Shown here one piece after another: positions 60,376 through 64,000 of a stretch of DNA of 64,000 nt (its first letter is position 1; each line of letters begins with the position of its first letter). The position numbers and the translations under genes are program-made. The stretch is from Neoechinorhynchus agilis (lineage: Eukaryota > Animalia > Acanthocephala). The notes below the pieces were generated by a model that worked only from the letters and a program-made list of their open reading frames with translations, had not been told where the DNA came from and searched no databases. The stretch lies in contig JBMGUZ010000004.1 in assembly GCA_051530055.1 (NCBI GenBank), positions 1 through 64,000 on the forward strand, given 5' to 3'.

Positions 60376-60389
60376 TATACTTATGTTCT

Positions 60390-60516
60390 TTACACATCTG
60401 AAGAGGAATAAGCACGCGACCCCGGCGGAAGGGGAATAACTATGGACTTGGAAAGTTCAAGGAAGTTCGTAGATTTTGGGAAAGTCATAGTTAAGTCTGC
60501 CATTTACCCGCGCTTA
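60390..60516 (-). mobile_element. R2 5' end (copy 4) with a 34-nt upstream 28S remnant
   Basis: Reverse complement TAAGCGCGGGTAAATGGCAGACTTAACTATGACT, then a UTR sharing AAGTCCATAGTTAT..TCCTC..AGATG with copy 1. Confidence 0.8.
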
Positions 60517-60529
60517 GCTTTGATTCCCT

Positions 60530-60900
60530 TCTTTCAGAATTCCCGATACCTCGAGAATATTTCGTTTTTCTTCACGTGCCAGCTCCGCGTTAAGTTGTCC
60601 CGACAAACCATTCGAATAATTTGCGATAGTTATCCACTGTTGTCTTAATGTTCAAGGGATACTCTTTGTTCTCCATCGTTCGCGTAGTACAGGGTTCTGT
60701 TGCGTCGTCTCTGGTTCCCGATCTTGAAATATATTCAGGCCTCGAAGCCTAACACAAGGGTAGGTGCCTGATTCATCAGAACGGATATTATATACGTATC
60801 TTCCGAAAACCAAGGCAAAGGATTTGGCTTTCTTACTTATCAAAAGGTAGTGGACCGTAAAATCACACCAATATGCTCCGGCAGCTGCGAATATCACAAA
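60530..60900 (-). mobile_element. R2 fragment (end of the OTU-like region)
   Basis: VYNIRSDESGTYPCVRLRG, TVDNYRKLFE. Confidence 0.75.
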
Positions 60901-60984
60901 CATTGGAGATACTACGGTACCTTCTTGGAGTCCACCGAGGTGAATTTACAGTGCTACATTCGCGCCGGCGAAGCTTATTACAAC

Positions 60985-62640
60985 CTTTTGGTAGTTCTCC
61001 AAGTTGCTATGTACCTCTATTGCGGTTTTCGTAGTTAACTTTTTCCACAATGAAGGGCTTCCTGCTCAAACTAATCCGGCGTCTCGGCGTATGCCCCAAA
61101 CACCTTGCCCACTTTTATCTTTCTGCCATCCTTCCTATCCTTACATACGCTTTCCCCACTTTCATTGCCCTTTCCGTCAATGCTCTCCATTCCCTCGAAA
61201 CCTTCCACAGGAGAGCGGCGAGAATCTACGGGACTTCATTCCCTCACCTCGACGCCCACCTCCACTCCATTTTCTCCAAAAACGCCCTCCGTCTTCTTCA
61301 ACCCCTACACAATTTTCTTCTTTCATCTCTAAATACTCTTCTTTCGTAAACACCCGTAACCCCAACCTTTTTCATCCCCCCCACTCGCTCGTTCCACTCT
61401 CTACCAAAAATCTTTCCTCCCTCAAGCCCAATCTTTCCTTAATAACCGGAGAACAAGGAAAGACTCCTAATCTGCCATCTCCTGTAAACTCCAAAGACAA
61501 ACCCCACCTCCCTGCCTCAACATCCGACATACAGACAACTTCAGCAAAGATTGATGCAGGCAAGTGTATGGATCGTTTTTCTTATTCAATAAAACGTATT
61601 TATATCCATCATTCGCCTATGCATAACGGGTTTTTTCTCCCCATTCACTAACTTATTACAATCCAAAACATACTCTCAAAACTATCATGTAAATTTTTGG
61701 ACATCTCCGAAAATCACCACTGTACGTTGGCAGAATCAAACATTGCCACTCGCTCAAAGTCCGCTCAGAAACATATCCACCCAACTCTCCGAACAGCCAA
61801 CTCTCGCAAACTACATCCCCCTTCAAGCTCTTTCGAGCAGCCATTTCCCTCTATTTCTTTCATTAACATAAGAATTTTGTTAGCAAAAATAGATCATCTT
61901 TCACTTTCAGCCACTACCATCAACGCAGCCATTCTAGTCATTGTGGAAACATGGCTGCACTCCTGCAATTCCGTCACCGCCTTTATCCTTGGCTACAGGT
62001 CTTTCCACGTCACCATTTTCATTGGGTCCGACCCCCCTTACTCCCTCTCTCCCTCAACTCCTTACCAATCACCATACTCAGAATACATCAACATAACGCT
62101 CTCTCTAAAACTTCGCTTAGGCAGTCGAAATTTAACCATTATCGGCATCTACCGTCCTCCCTCAGCCAATCTTCAAATGGCATCACAGGAGATTGATGCA
62201 ATGATAGCAAATCTTCACTCTCTTGGTCTTGAACATCTAAGCATCCTAACAATAGATTACAATTTATCGAAATAGTGAGCATCGCCTCGAACACCTTAGC
62301 AACCAACAAGGGAGTTTTCCAAGGGGCTGTTCTCTCCTCCATTCTTTTCAACATTTTTCTGAACGATCTTATTCCATCCTCTTCTTATTCTAATAACTTC
62401 ATGCATGCTGATGATCCTAGAATAATTGCACATTCATCGAGTCTCACTCTCAATCACTGCTAACGAAATTTCTCACATTCGAGCGTTTTGCACCTCTAAA
62501 TGTCTTACCTTTAACTAAACAAGACCTTTGAAATCGTCCCCTTAATCTCAAATAGCCCTTCCGATCAGCCGCTTCTACGTTTTTCTATTAATCGTGTCTC
62601 CTCTGTTCGTATACTTGGTCGTTATTTTCAGAAAAATCTG
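60985..62640 (+). mobile_element. CR1/L2-like LINE pieces (3' end, then APE and RT)
   Basis: LLKLIRRLG..FYLSAILPILTY; INIRILLAK..VETWL; IGIYRPP; GVFQGAVLSSILFNIF. Confidence 0.82.
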
Positions 62641-64000
62641 AAGTGGCCTAGTTTACCGTCAAAAGACATTAAGTACTTGTTTATGGCCGCCATCCTACCA
62701 ACGTTCTGCAATTTTTCTTCTAAACTATTCAGCGGTTGGAGAAGAAAGAGGAAATCCAAGCGAGTTGTTAAATTGGGAGGCCAAAGGGAGCACATGCTTG
62801 AAGGAGAAGGGAGTGATCTACCGACTCAAACGACCTGGAAATATCCAGCTGCACGAGACGGGCGGAATTGGGAAGAGAAGATGTTTTTGAGGAAGATGGG
62901 AAGTAGGCGGGTTTTAAAACATTTTTCTGGTCGATAAGTTCCGGGATGATGAAACGAATGGCCCAATTTGGGATAGTCGAATAAGGGGAAGAATGGCGGG
63001 CAGGCGTTTAAGGATCTCTAGGATTTCGAGAGGGGAAACCAAGGAAGGGCATGTATGAATGGGCGGGTCAAAAAGTGAGGAGGGAGGTTGGGACAGTGGA
63101 TGAGAGGTTTGGGGAGGACAAAGGTTTTTATTCAAGGGGTTAAAGATTGAGAGGAGATAACATTTTGAGAGAGATGCGAAGGGATCGATCTACCAAGACC
63201 AGTGACATTTTTTTATTTCCCGCCACCAGTTTCGACTGGGAACGGACGAGAGACGAGATGAGAGGAATACTTTGCGGGCTATTCGGATGCGTTTGGTCAG
63301 TGTGGAGTGGAGGGAGGGGTAAGCGGGATTGTCTGACCGGAAAGCTTTGGTGACCTGTATTTGAAGGGTTTTTAGAAAAGGCGAAGATGAAAAGGTAGGG
63401 TGAAGATCAATGGTAAGGGAGAGAGGCGCGGATCAAGATCGATATGCCTCCCCCGCTTCGGAAGTCCCTTGTGAGGTGAAAAGCTTGAAAGTTTGGAAGG
63501 AAGGCAGAAAATTTGCTATTGGGTTAGAGCCATGTTTCCGTAATTACAAGGACGTCGGCGTTGCAAGAAGAGGCCACTATCTAGAGCTCATCCAGTTTGG
63601 GGATGAGGCTGCGGATGTTAAAATAAAAGATTATTGGAAGGGATGTTTAGAAGGCACATGGGGGTGGACACTGACGGAGAGGGTTGAAGCTGCGTAGAGA
63701 GAGAAGGGATGGGAGATGACCGATGGGGTAGTTCGGGGGTAATGGATTCGTGGGTGGACACTGTAGTTAGGGGTGATTTGAATGTAGGGACCATAAGGGT
63801 GGGAACTGCGTATGCGGGATGAAGTCGGGGGGCAAGAAGATATTGGGAGTTGATAAAGTGGTGGTAAGAGGTGAGGTAGTGTGAGCGTCCAAGGTATTTT
63901 TCGCTTCTGAGGGGCGAAGCAAAAATTTCCAGATTTGGTAGGGTGCGGATTAGTAATTTTAGGCAGATGAGCGATGAGTGGAGGCAGGGATGAGGGGGGT
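62640..64000 (-). mobile_element. CR1/L2-like LINE (APE and deleted RT), opposite orientation
   Basis: Hand translation NIRSLIPKLDEL..VITETWL, RSGGGISILI, QLDISRSFESVDHSLLL. Confidence 0.8.

Noticed and set aside
61004-61651. Pro/Ser-rich ORF and other overlapping or antisense ORFs as host genes
   Set aside because: They are alternative frames of C-rich LINE or other TE sequence with no independent motifs.

Overview
Eukaryotic heterochromatin-type window with no recognisable host protein gene. Its main component is a collection of at least 8 divergent R2-clade (RT + restriction-like endonuclease) non-LTR retrotransposon copies. They sit at the canonical 28S rDNA R2 site: six 3' junctions at TAGCC(AAATGCCTCGTC) and four 5' junctions after AACTATGACT. 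Only short, rearranged 28S fragments remain, from a strongly divergent rRNA. Interspersed are Mag-like Ty3/Gypsy elements (one complete, 117-bp LTRs, nested in an R2), Penelope-like remnants with minimal hammerhead ribozymes, RTE- and CR1/L2-like LINE fragments, an 80-bp satellite with a 160-bp higher-order core, a ~453-bp satellite and an unclassified dispersed repeat. Main finding: a ~340-codon, stop-free partitivirus-like RNA-dependent RNA polymerase (motifs A/B/C/E intact) embedded in frame in the N-terminal zinc-finger region of an R2 element (55226-58296). These R2s also show unusual shared features: four zinc fingers, a catalytically dead OTU-like domain, a 5' UTR segment antisense to the upstream 28S target, and AATAAA 8-9 nt before the 3' junction. 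Fragment boundaries were read by eye and are approximate unless a junction motif is quoted.
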